From NCBI GenBank assembly GCA_002269645.1, contig NIVC01002656.1, positions 210,175 to 274,174 on the forward strand: a DNA stretch of 64,000 bases, in the 5' to 3' direction. Numbering within the stretch: the stretch's first letter is position 1; the number at the start of each line of letters is the position of its first letter. This stretch comes from Macrostomum lignano (taxonomy: Eukaryota). A program made the position numbers and the translations under genes. Shown here in pieces: positions 26,350-37,524 of this stretch. Under the pieces are notes generated by a model. It was not told the DNA's origin. It saw only the letters and a list, made by a program, of their open reading frames with translations, and searched no databases.

Positions 26350-26806
26350 TTTAAAAAATAATTAAGATTCCAATTTTTAGACTAAAGGAAAGCTGATTAG
26401 TTTAAGCAAAAGGTGCAGCAAAACATTTCTTTAGAATTAGAATCCAACCTTGGTCGAATTAGCATCTGCGTTTTTATCTGTTTAGGTGCTCAAATTTCGA
26501 AGAGCCTACTGCTAGTAGCTCTTTTTGTCAAACTTATTTTCAAAAAATGTTCCAATTTTGTTCTCAAGATCTTTGTGTGCCTATTATTTTTCACATTTAA
26601 ATGCTTCTTTGCAATTTGATTCACATTGTAGTGCACGCCAATTACAAATAGGCTTTGCAATTGTTTTTTTGTGCAGTCTAGCACTGTCTATTATTCTATT
26701 TGTAATGTGACTGTTGATCACATTGTACCCATTTTTGTTCACCTTTCAGGTGTGAGAGACAGATCGGAGTGCCAGTGCAATAGTGTTAGTGCGTAGTGTC
26801 AATGTG

Positions 26807-27362
26807 GCAGCCAATCACAGTGCATCTAGGAGAGAGATAAGAGTCACAGTGTTATCAGTAAAGTGCGGCAGCCAATCACAGTGCATCTAGGAGAGAGATA
26901 AGAGTCACAGTGTTATCAGTAAAGTGCGGCAGCCAATCACAGTGCATCTAGGATAGAGATAAGAGTCACAGTGTTATCAGTAAAGTGCGGCAGCCAATCG
27001 CAGTGCATCTAAAAGAGAGATAAGAGTCAGTGTTATCAGTAAAGTGCGGCAGCCAATCGCAGTGCATCTAAAAGAGAGATAAGAGTCAGTGTTATCAGTA
27101 AAGTGCGGCAGCCAATCACAGTGCATCTAGGAGAGAGATAAGAGTCACAGTGTTATCAGTAAAGTGCGGCAGCCAATCGCAGTGCATCTAGGATAGAGAT
27201 AAGAGTCACAGTGTTATCAGTAAAGTGCGGCAGCCAATCGCAGTGCATCTAGGATAGAGATAAGAGTCACAGTGTTATCAGTAGAGTGCGGCAGCCAATC
27301 GCAGTGCATCTAAAAGAGGGATAAGAGTCAGTGTTATCAGTAAAGCGCGGCAGCCAATCACA
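26807..27362. repeat. 61/59-bp tandem array; every unit contains GCAGCCAATC
   Basis: About 9-10 units. Confidence 0.93.
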
Positions 27363-27921
27363 ATGCTGCTAAAGCGATAAAACAAAGGTCCTCGTGTACT
27401 TTCCGAGCTTTATTTTCATTCTTTTGCAATATCGGAAAACATTTGTAGCATTTGTTTATTTTTTGCAAAAACATATCCTAAAGCGCACCTAATTTGTTTT
27501 CTATTGTTCTTTATTATCACTTGCTTTTCTAAGCAGTTTCGTCCAAGTTTAACATCAATTGCAATTCCCGCAAAGCATAAGCAAATCTGCATTAATATTA
27601 GCCAGTAAAAATCTCACAGTAAATTGGTGCTGTATTTTTCCAGATATTCAGTTTTTTAGTTTTGCTGTTTAAAAGAAAGCATTTTTATTTGGTTTTTCTT
27701 GCAAAAGAATGGCTTGCCAAAATACAAGCAGCTTGCTCAACTGCTTCTCGCAGCTTTTTACGCTGTTCTGAATTTCAGAAGTACTATTTGTACTTTGATT
27801 GCCAGTACAACTACAATAGAAATATAGAATTTGTAAGCATTGGTATCCCCTGTGAGACTCTTACTTCGGAGGCTAATGAGATCTCTGCACATTGTGGTAC
27901 GCTTTTCTCTCAGAAATCTCC

Positions 27922-28340
27922 CTCATGAGATTCCACCCACAATCTCCACCCATGAGATTCCACTTACAATCTCCACCCATGAGATTCCACTTACAATCTC
28001 CACCTATGAGATTCCACCCACATTCTCAACCCATGAGATTCCACTTACAATCTCCACCCATGAGATTCCACTTACAATCTCCACCCATGAGATTCCACTT
28101 ACAATCTCCACCCATGAGATTCCACTTACAATCTCCACCCATGAGATTCCACCCACAATCTCCACCCATGAGATTCAACCCACAAATTTCCATCCATAAG
28201 ATTTCACCCACAAATTTCAGCCCATGAGATTCCACCCACAATCTCCACTTATGAGATTCCACCCACAATCTCCACCTATGAGATTCCACCCACAATCTCC
28301 ACCTATGAGATTCCAACCACAAATTTCCATCCATGATATT
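27922..28340. repeat. 27-bp tandem array (CCCATGAGATTCCACTTACAATCTCCA)n
   Basis: About 15 units. Confidence 0.92.
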
Positions 28341-28453
28341 CCACAGTTTTTATGAAGTTTTATGCATTTTTTTTCTATTTTACTTCAATTTTGCATCAAA
28401 ATAGTTCATTATTACTACTTAACTACTTACAGCGGCAGTAGTACAGCTGCGAC

Positions 28454-30475
28454 ATGGATCGGTTTCGGGCTTCGCTAACAGCCGGGGAGTTGCATTATTT
28501 GTCTAGCAGCAACACTAAGCCCTATCGGCTATTTAAGCAGGACAGATCTCCGGTTATCGCTGCGGCTGTTAAAGGCAAAGCTTTCGATCGGAAGCTCAAG
28601 TCTGAGTGGGCCGCGCTGGACTTGTCGTCTAAGCTATACTACTGCCAGCGTGCCGACTGCTTTCCTGACAAGAGGAAGCTGGACTTCATCCGCCAGTGCA
28701 GGTTTCATGCGGCGTCTTCGTCAACTAGCGAAAACTATGATTTAGACTTCGAGCGGAAGCCTTGTGGGGTGAGTCACCGGAGCTATAGTTGTGTGTGTCT
28801 TCGGCTCAGCGGAAGCCTTGTGGGGTGAGTCACCGGAGCTATAGTTGTGTGTGTGTGCGGCTCAGCGGAAGCCTTGTGGGGTGAGTCAGCGGAGCTATAG
28901 TTGTGTGTGTGTGCGGCTCAGCGGAAGCCTTGTGGGGTGAGTCACCGGAGCTATAGTTGTGTGTGTGTGCGGCTCAGCGGAAGCCTTGTGGGGTGAGTCA
29001 CCGGAGCTATAGTTGTGTGTGTGTGCGGCTCAGCGGAAGCCTTGTGGGGTGAGTCACCGGAGCTATAGTTGTGTGTGTGCGGCTCACTGGCCCCATAGTT
29101 TCGCTTATTCATATTGGGCAGAAACACTTTGATTCTCAACTACACCCTCAGATCCTCAGCAATGCTCTCAGATCCTCAGCAACACTCTCAAATCCTCAGT
29201 ACCACTCTCAGATCCTCAGCAGCACTCTCAAATCCTCAACCACACTCTCAGATCCTCAGCTGCACTCTCAGATCCTCAGCAGCACTCTCAGATCCTCAGC
29301 TGAACTCTCAGATCCTCAGCAACACTCTCAAATCCTCAGTACCACTCCCAGATCCTCAGCAGCACTCTCAAATCCTCAACCACTCTCTCAGATCCTCAGC
29401 AATACTCTCAGATCCTCAGCAACACTCTCAGATCCTCAGCAACAATCTCAGATCCTCAATCACATTCTCAGATCCTTAGCAACACTCTCAAATCCTCAGC
29501 AACACTCTCAGATCCTCAACAATACTCTCAGATCCTCAGCAACACTCTCAGATCCTCAGCTGCACTCTCAAATCCTCAGCCACACTCTCAGATCCTCAGC
29601 AACACTCTCAATCCTCAGCTGCACTCTCAAATCCTCAACCACACTCTCAGATCCTCAGCCGCACTCTCTGATCCTCAGCAGCACTCTCAAATCCTCAATC
29701 ACACTCTCAGATCCTCAACCACACTCTCAGATCCTCAGCTGCACTCTCAGTTCCTCAGCAACACTCTCTGATCCTAAGGCTGAGCCGTACCTCTCAATTG
29801 TCAAAGTTAATGTCCATTAAAATATCCCAGCCGCTATCCCCTATCCATGAGCAACCCTATCCAACTCCTCATTGGCAAACAAAGACACCAAAAGCAGCTC
29901 CGGGCAAAGCTGCATCGTCTGCTTCAACATCGGCTTCGGCTTCTTCCGCTGCTGCAACTGCCGCTAGCGGCATCGGGCGCTACCAGCCGATCCGGCCGCG
30001 CCTGCTGCCGCCATTCCAGTCGCTTCTGTCTCGCCGAGTCGCTTCAGACCCGGCCGGCAGCAGCTCGGTTGACGACTCCGTACAGCTGATTGGCATCGAG
30101 TATCCGCCTGCGGCTAAGCGGCCCCGAGTTGCCGCTAGTAGCACTGTCCGGCCGCCGCCACTATTGCCAGCGTCCTCAGCCACATCAACGCCATCGTCGG
30201 CCAATTCAACTGCCGCGTTTCAATTGCCGCTGCCGCCTCAGCAGCAGCAGCAACAGCAGCAACAGCCTATCGCGCTATCTTTGCCAGTTCCTCACTACTG
30301 CGCCTATAACAGTCATCCTGGCTTCAATAATAATTGTTCGCTTCAAATTTCTCCGCCCTCAATACAGCCGCCGCCGCCGCCGCCGCCGCAATTTCAACAA
30401 CCCCGATATCAGCAGCAGCAGCAATCTGTTTACAATTCTTACTGGCAATTTTATTATTCGGCCTATTGCGCCAAT

Positions 30476-30509
<34 letters not shown>

Positions 30510-31258
30510 TACCGCAGCAGTCGATGCCGAGTTATTACGATCAGGCGCGTTACTACCAGCATCCTTATCAGCAGCAGCATCGGCCAGTCGCCTATACCGC
30601 CTATACTGCACCCAGCCCTGCTGGCTACTATGGAAGACGCGATGTCGCCTCCCAGTTTCCATCGGCTACGCCTCCGCCGCCACCGTCTCTTCCTCAGCCC
30701 CCGGCTCAGGCCTCGATGACGTCATCGGCTTTCTACTCGTATTCTCCAGACGCTTATCTCTTTAGTAGCGACTGCGGCCTGGACGAGCAGTTTCAGCGGC
30801 AGTTTTTGTCGGATTCGCCATCGACGCTGATGCAGTATCATCATCAGCAGCAGCCGCAGCAGAAGACAGCTTGCTTTTGCCAGCAACAGCATCAACAGCA
30901 GCAGTCGCGAGAACAACAAGATTCTAGCAGATTCTCCAGTGCCGACAGTAGCGGATTGTCCGACAATTATTATTATAACTACGGTTCTTATTATGGCAAT
31001 GACGGTGGCCGCTCGCCCAACACTCAGCTGCTCAATAACAACGACAACAACAACAACAACAATAACAATAACAGCAGCAACGATTGCCGACTATCCACAC
31101 CGGAGTGCCCCGTGCCAACCGAATCGCGTGATTTTCAATTTGAAGACGATGACGAGGATGATGAAGAAGAGAGCCTGGAGACTGACCCCAGCGACGGAAC
31201 AGCTGTGGTTAGCGAAAGCGCCTACGTTAAAGCTGAAGATACAAAGCCGTTTGATTGA
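28454..31258 (+). CDS. Divergent HMG-box-like protein with long Q/P/S/Y-rich C-terminus, ~580 aa, 2 exons: 28454-28768, 29831-31258
   Basis: KPYRLFKQDRSPVI...KLKSEWAALDLSSKLYYCQRA fits the HMG-box pattern (Y.LF....R..I...KL..EW..L....K..Y...A); phase-0 GGG|GTGAGT donor joins phase-0 CCCAG|CCG acceptor of a 475-codon low-complexity exon. Confidence 0.65.
28754..29090. repeat. 56-bp tandem array that copies the exon end and donor site of the HMG-like gene
   Basis: Six copies of CGGAAGCCTTGTGGG|GTGAGT; five are preceded by CTCAG. Confidence 0.93.
29140..29775. repeat. 20-bp intronic array (TCAGATCCTCAGCAACACTC)n
   Basis: About 31 units. Confidence 0.93.
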
Positions 31259-31914
31259 AAGTAATCGGAGTTTTTTTAGATTGCTCTCAGGCATTTTCGC
31301 CGGCTTGATTTTTTGTAGAACATTTTGTACTTTTTAATATAGCGACCAAAAGACATTTATTTTCTATATCCGGTGCTAAACATTGCGTCCGCGTTTTTTT
31401 GTTGTTGTTTTTGTTTTGTTTTCACGTTTTCTCTGTAGTATTTTGAGCTGTTTGAACGATTTCTTTCAAGTCCGAGTGATCATAAAAAAGCAGGATTAAC
31501 CTACAGCTCACGCTAGCATTTAGTGAAAAATTAAATAATGCTTTTTTGTCCTCTGTTTACTTTTTGTTCCTATTGTTCTCTGTGTCTGATTATGCTGCAG
31601 TGTGTTTAAATTGGATTTTTACCAGACCTCGCCAACCTGATTATTCAATCATAGACTGACGCGCCTTGCACTCTGGTTTGTACACTTAGCATTGCATGGG
31701 TGCGTTTGCATTTGACTCTGTCAGAATAGGTACTTGCTTTTCAGTTTTTTTTCAACTCTTTATATAATCTCTGTCACTCTTGCTGCTCCTGCTGGAGCTT
31801 TTCACCGAAATATATAAGTGCACAATTTTGTTCAATTAATACTGTCTGTTGTGGCGGCTGATGTTGTCTTCATCAGTTTTAGTATATGGATTATGTGAAA
31901 TTATCTGTCTTTCT

Positions 31915-32875
31915 GCTCCCCTCAGTGTCCTTGAATGTGCCTCTCCGCTCCCCTTAGTGTCCTTGAATGTGGCTCTTCGCTCACCTCAGTGTCCTTGAAT
32001 GTGCCTCTCCGTTCCCCTCAGTGTCCTTAAATGTGGCTCTCCGCTCCCCTCAGTGTCCTTGAATGTGGCTCTCCGCTCCCCTTAGTGTCCTTGAATGTGG
32101 CTCTCCGCTCCCCTCAGTGTCCTTGAATGTGGCTCTTCGCTCCCCTCAGTGTCCTTGAATGTGCCTCTCCGCTCCCCTCAGTGTCCTTGAATGTGCCTCT
32201 CCGCTCCCCTCAGTGTCCTTGAATTGCCTCTCCGCTCCCCTCAGTGTCCTTGAATTGCCTCTCCGCTCCCCTCAGTGTCCTTGAATGTGCCTCTCCGCTC
32301 CCCTCAGTGTCCTTGAATTGCCTCTCCGCTCCCCTCAGTGTCCTTGAATGTGCCTCTCCGCTCCCCTCAGTGTCCTTGAATCTGCCTCTCCGCTCCCCTC
32401 AGTGTCCTTGACCCTGCCTCTCCGCTCCCCTCAGTGTCCTTGAATCTGCCTCTCCGCTCCCCTCAGTGTCCTTGACCCTGCCTCTCCGCTCCCCTCAGTG
32501 TCCTTGAATGTGCCTCTCTGCTCCCCTCAGTGTCCTTGAATTGCCTCTCCGCTCCCCTCAGTGTCCTTGAATGTGCCTCTCCGCTCCCCTCAGTGTCCTT
32601 GAATGTGCCTCTCCGCTCCCCTCAGTGTCCTTGAATCTGCCTCTCCGCTCCCCTCAGTGTCCTTGAATCTGCCTCTCCGCTCCCTTCAGTGTCCTTGACC
32701 CTGCCTCTCCGCTCCCCTCAGTGTCCTTGAATTGCCTCTTCGCTCCCCTCAGTGTCCTTGAATGTGCCTCTCCGCTCCCCTCAGTGTCCTTGAATGTGCC
32801 TCTCCGCTCCCCTCAGTGTCCTTGAATCTGCCTCTCCGCTTCCCTCAGTGTCCTTGAATCTGCCTCTCCGCTCCA
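31915..32875. repeat. 32-bp array (CTCCGCTCCCCTCAGTGTCCTTGAATGTGCCT)n, left block
   Basis: About 30 units. Confidence 0.96.
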
Positions 32876-33130
32876 TCTTTCAGTCCCTAAATCTGCCTCT
32901 TTGCCCCTCAATTATATCCAGTCTATTACGTAATCGGTAATATAGCTATTCTAAAAGCAGGCACATGAACCAGTGAAGCAGTCAGTTTCAACGTAAAATT
33001 GAAAAACAAAAGCCAACAATTTCAGCCGCTAATCGCCAAGACTCTGTCCACAGCCGGACCAGCTCTCTCACTATTAGCTACTATCAGTAGACATTCAAGC
33101 TCTAGCTTTAAAAACATCAAAACTATAAAA

Positions 33131-33757
33131 ATGATTGCCCCAGCAGCGGAGCGCAACAAGGAGCCAATCTTGGCCATCATGCGGCAGTACGTGCCCGCTG
33201 ATGGAGCCGCCTGCCGAATGCTGGAGATCGCGTCCGGCACCGGACAGCACTGTGCTCATCTGGCCGCCGGCCTGGCCGATCGCGGCCTTCAAATCCAGCC
33301 GTCCGAGATTGACAATCAAGACCAGAGCAGCAGCAGCAGCTTTGCCAGCATTGAGGCGCACTGCCGCAGCCTGTCTAATGTCTGCCTGCCGCCCATGCGG
33401 TTGGACATTTCTAAACGGCCGTGTCCGGAGCCGCCTTTCGGCCGGCCGGACATTATATTCTGCGCCAACATGATTCACATCAGCTCCACGGCCGCTGTTG
33501 AAGGCCTGTTCGCCAATGCTGGCAACCTGCTGCCTGCCGGTGGCCGCCTCATCACCTACGGACCCTACGCTATTGACGGCGCCATCTATCCGCAGAGTAA
33601 CGCCGATTTTAATCGGTCGCTTCGCGCCCGAAATCCCGACTGGGGCCTGCGGGACACGGCCTATCTGGCCGGCTTGGCCGAGGCCGCCGGGATGGCCCTG
33701 TCGGCCAGGCACGAGATGCCGGCCAATAACTGGATGCTGGTCTTTGATAAGAGCTAG
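33131..33757 (+). CDS. METTL26: Methyltransferase-like 26 (DUF938 family), 208 aa, intronless CDS
   Basis: MIAPAAERNKEPIL, LEIASGTGQH (SAM motif I), CANMIHIS, GRLITYGPY, SNADFNRSLRARNPDWGLRD, MPANN. Confidence 0.93.
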   Translation: MIAPAAERNKEPILAIMRQYVPADGAACRMLEIASGTGQHCAHLAAGLADRGLQIQPSEIDNQDQSSSSSFASIEAHCRSLSNVCLPPMRLDISKRPCPEPPFGRPDIIFCANMIHISSTAAVEGLFANAGNLLPAGGRLITYGPYAIDGAIYPQSNADFNRSLRARNPDWGLRDTAYLAGLAEAAGMALSARHEMPANNWMLVFDKS

Positions 33758-33844
33758 ATAGGCTTTCTCTCTCAACTCGATGTAGGCATGAGCACGAACA
33801 TTGATAGCAATGCGATGTGCTATTTGGAGCGCAGGTTATAACTA

Positions 33845-34262
33845 CTTGAATGTGGCTCTCCGCTCCCCTCAGTGTCCTTGAATGTGCCTCTCCGCTCCCC
33901 TCAGTGTCCTTGAATCTGCCTCTCCGCTCCCCTCAGTGTCCTTGAATCTGCCTCTCCGCTCCCTTCAGTGTCCTTGAATTGCCTCTCCGCTCCCCTCAGT
34001 GTCCTTGAATTGCCTCTTCGCTCCCCTCAGTGTCCTTGAATGTGCCTCTCCGCTCCCCTCAGTGTCCTTGAATGTGCCTCTCCGCTCCCCTCAGTGTCCT
34101 TGAATCTGCCTCTCCGCTTCCCTCAGTGTCCTTGAATCTGCCTCTCCGCTCCCTTCAGTGTCCTTGAATGTGCCTCTCCGCTCCCCTCAGTGTCCTTGAA
34201 TTGCCTCTCCGCTCCCCTCTGTCCTTGAATGTGCCTCTCCGCTCCCCTCAGTGTCCTTGATT
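33845..34262. repeat. 32-bp array, right block (same unit as 31915-32875)
   Basis: About 13 units. Confidence 0.95.
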
Positions 34263-34489
34263 CTTCATGTTTAGTACTGTTTATAGTAAACTGAATAATG
34301 GTTCAAGCATAATTTTTTTGTAAATTAATAGTTTTATTTAGTATGGACCTATTTATGAGCTTAATAAATATACTAGTTAGGATGTCTTCATTGTGTACAG
34401 TAGCTTGCTTATTAAATTATTTAATACTTCGGCTTTTTTCCAGAATTCCTATGTCTTTGTAGTATATCTCTGTCATCTCTTTCGCCTCT

Positions 34490-34835
34490 CCGACTTATTT
34501 GTCTACTCATATATACGAGTACTTATCTGTCTACTCATTTCTCTACTTACATGTCTACGGCTCGTACTCATCTCTCTACTCATCTCTACTTATCTGTCTA
34601 CTCATCTCTACTCATCTCTCTACTTATCTGTCTACTTTTCTGTCTACTCAACTCTCTACTTATCTGTCTACTCATCTGTCTACTTTTCTGTCTACTTATA
34701 TGTCTACTCATCTCTCTACTTATCTGTCTACTCATTTCTCTACTTATCTGTCTACTCATCTGTCTACTCATTTCTTTACTTATCTGTCTACTCATCTCTC
34801 TAATTATCTGTCTACTCATTTCTCTACTCATCTCT
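34490..34835. repeat. 12-bp degenerate array (CTACTTATCTGT / CTACTCATTTCT)
   Basis: Ends ~35 bp before the RFC3 ATG. Confidence 0.85.
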
Positions 34836-34869
34836 CTGTCGCGCCACCCCTCAGAGCTGACCAGTCACA

Positions 34870-37235
34870 ATGAGTCTCTGGGTAGACAAGTACAGGCCCA
34901 AGCGGCTGGACAAGCTAGACTATCACACTGATCAAGCCGACCGCCTTCGAGCCCTGGTGGAGTCTGGCGACTTCCCCCACCTGCTGGTGTACGGGCCCCC
35001 TGGGGCGGGCAAGAAGACTCGCATTCACGCGCTACTGCGGGAGCTGTACGGAGCCGGCGTTGAGCGGCTCCGGTTGGAGCAGCAGAGCTTCACCGCGCCG
35101 TCGAAACGGAAAGTTGAAATTGAAACTGTTTCGTCGAATTTTCATCTGGAGGTCAGTCCAGGCGATGCCGGCATCTACGATCGGGTTGTTGTCATGGAGT
35201 TGATTAAACAGGTGGCCTCGGTTAATCAGCTGGATGCCAGTCAGCAGCGCGAGTTTAAAGGTGATTTTGCTGTGTATTTGGGCAGCTGATTTGATTGTTG
35301 GTAGCAATATCTCTTTATAGATTACCGGTTATACTGGCTCCTTTTCCTGCATACAGGGGTGTCTCCTACCTGCAGACAGGGGTGTCTCTTACCTGCAGAC
35401 AGGGGTGTCTCTTACCTGCAGAAGGGGTGTCTTACCTACATACAGGGGTGTCTCTTACCTGCATATAGGGGTGTCTCTTACCTACATACAGGGGTGTCTC
35501 TTACCTGCATATAGGGGTGTCTGTTACCTGCATATAGGGGTGTCTCTTACCTGCATATAGGGGTGTCTGTTACCTGCATACAGGGGTGTCTGTTACCTGC
35601 AGAAGGGGTGTCTCTTACCTGCAGAAGGGGTGTCTCTTACCTGCAGAAGGGGTGTCTCTTACCTGCAGAAGTGGTGTCTCTTACCTGCAGAAGGGGTGTC
35701 TCTTACCTGCAGAAGGGGTGTCTTACCTACATACAGGGGTGTCTCTTACCTGCATACAGGGGTGTCTCTTACCTGCAGACAGGGGTGTCTCCTACCTGCA
35801 TATAGGGGTGTCTCTTACCTGCATACAGGGGTGTCTGTTACCTGCAGAGAGGGGTGTCTCTTACCTACAGCCAAGGGGGTCTCTTACCGACAAACAGGAG
35901 TGAATCATTCATACATACACCGATCCTTTCCCTCTGCTAAATAGCAGTATCCTTTGCGACAAAAAACAGTTCTTTCCTATTAAACGGGGATTAATTAAGG
36001 CGCCGTCACATTCTCCTGTTTCTGTTTCAGTGGTGGTGCTAAACGAAGTCGACCGGCTTACAAAAGACGCCCAGCACGCTCTGCGCCGCACCATGGAAAA
36101 GTACATGGCCACCTGCCGGCTCATCCTGTGCGCCAACAGCACTAGCAAAGTTATTCAGGCCATTCGCAGTCGATGTTTGGCTGTTAGAGTATCTGCGCCT
36201 ACAGAGGATGAGGTCAGTTTTATTGCGGGTCTACGGATTCGCTGGGAGTGGGTTTCGGTGGGGAATGAGCGCCGCTGATTGGCTGGGAGTGGGTTTGGTA
36301 GGGAACGAGCGCCGCTGATTGGCTGGGAGTGGATTCGGTGTGTAATGAGCGCCGCTGATTGGCTGAGAGTGAGGTTTGTATGGAATGAGCGCCACTGATT
36401 GGCTTGGAGTGGATTCGGTGGGTAATGAGTGCCGCTGATTAGCTGGAAGTGGGTTCGGTGGGGAATGAAAGCCGCTGATTGGCTGAGAGTAAGGTTTGTA
36501 TGGAATGAGCGCCGCTGATTGGCTGGGAGTGGGTACGGTGGGAAATGAGCGCCGCTGATTGGCTGGGAGTGGGTTCGGTGGGGAATGAAAGCCGCTGATT
36601 GGCTGAGAGTGAGGTTTGTATGGAATGAGAGTTGCTAATTGGCTGGGAGTGAGGTGGGTGTGGAATAAAAGCCGCCGATTTGCTGGAAGTGAGGTGGGTT
36701 ATTTTTAGAACTGTGGATTCCCCACTCTCTACCCTTACAGATTGTTCAGGTGCTGCAAGGCACCTGCCGCAAGGAGGGCCTGAGCCTGCCGGACAGTCTG
36801 GCCCGCCGCATCGCCCAGGCGTCCGAGCGCAACCTGCGTCGAGCCCTGCTAATGGCCGAGGCCTGCAGAGCCCAGCAGCAGCCCTTCGATCCGGACCAGT
36901 CAGTTTGCCTGGGCGATTGGCAGCTCTACCTGAAAGAGACGGCCAAGAAAGTGCTGGAAGAGCAGAGCCCGGCTCGCCTGCTGATTGTCCGAACTCGCCT
37001 GTACGAACTGCTGAGCCACTGCGTCCCGCCTGACCTCATCATGCGCTGCCTGGTCACCGAGCTGATCAGCTCATGCGACGGTACGCTGAAGGCCGAGGTG
37101 CTGACTCTTGGCGCCGAGTACGAGCACAGGATGCGGCTTGGCCAGAAGGCCATCTTCCATCTGGAGGCTTTCGTGGCCAGGTTCATGGCCGTGTATAAGA
37201 AGTTCATGGACGAGGTTATCATGGCCGATTGGTGA
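34870..37235 (+). CDS. RFC3: Replication factor C subunit 3, 355 aa, 3 exons: 34870-35260, 36031-36212, 36741-37235
   Basis: [72 protein letters not shown]; splice phases 1 and 0 are consistent. Confidence 0.97.
35350..35885. repeat. 22/23-bp array in RFC3 intron 1 (AGGGGTGTCTCTTACCTGCAGA)n
   Basis: About 23 units. Confidence 0.93.
36240..36690. repeat. 40-bp array in RFC3 intron 2 (GAGCGCCGCTGATTGGCTGGGAGTG...)
   Basis: About 11 units. Confidence 0.9.
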
Positions 37236-37524
37236 GAGCGGTTGGCTCCGCTATTCACGATGCGTTTACAAATACGACACCTGGCATTTTTACTCCGCAA
37301 GCAGTTTATTCTTCTATTGACTATTTCTACTCGTAATTGATTTGCTTTGAACTGCTCTGTAATACAAAATAACGGCGATTAATAAATGATCAATATACCT
37401 GTAATAACAGCCAGCTTTGCGCGGGTTCTGATAGTTTATATTTATAATCAGTTAATATATAGTAATAAATTCGCAATAATTATCTTCATCCTGTCATTCA
37501 TTCTGTTTAGAGCGACACTTTCTG

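Noticed and set aside
32999-33130. 44-aa N-terminal extension of METTL26
   Set aside because: It begins at TTG; family similarity starts at the ATG at 33131
33095-33775. 226-aa antisense ORF and similar overlapping ORFs on NCAPH, RFC3, the protocadherin and the LINE
   Set aside because: Shadow frames of GC-rich coding sequence
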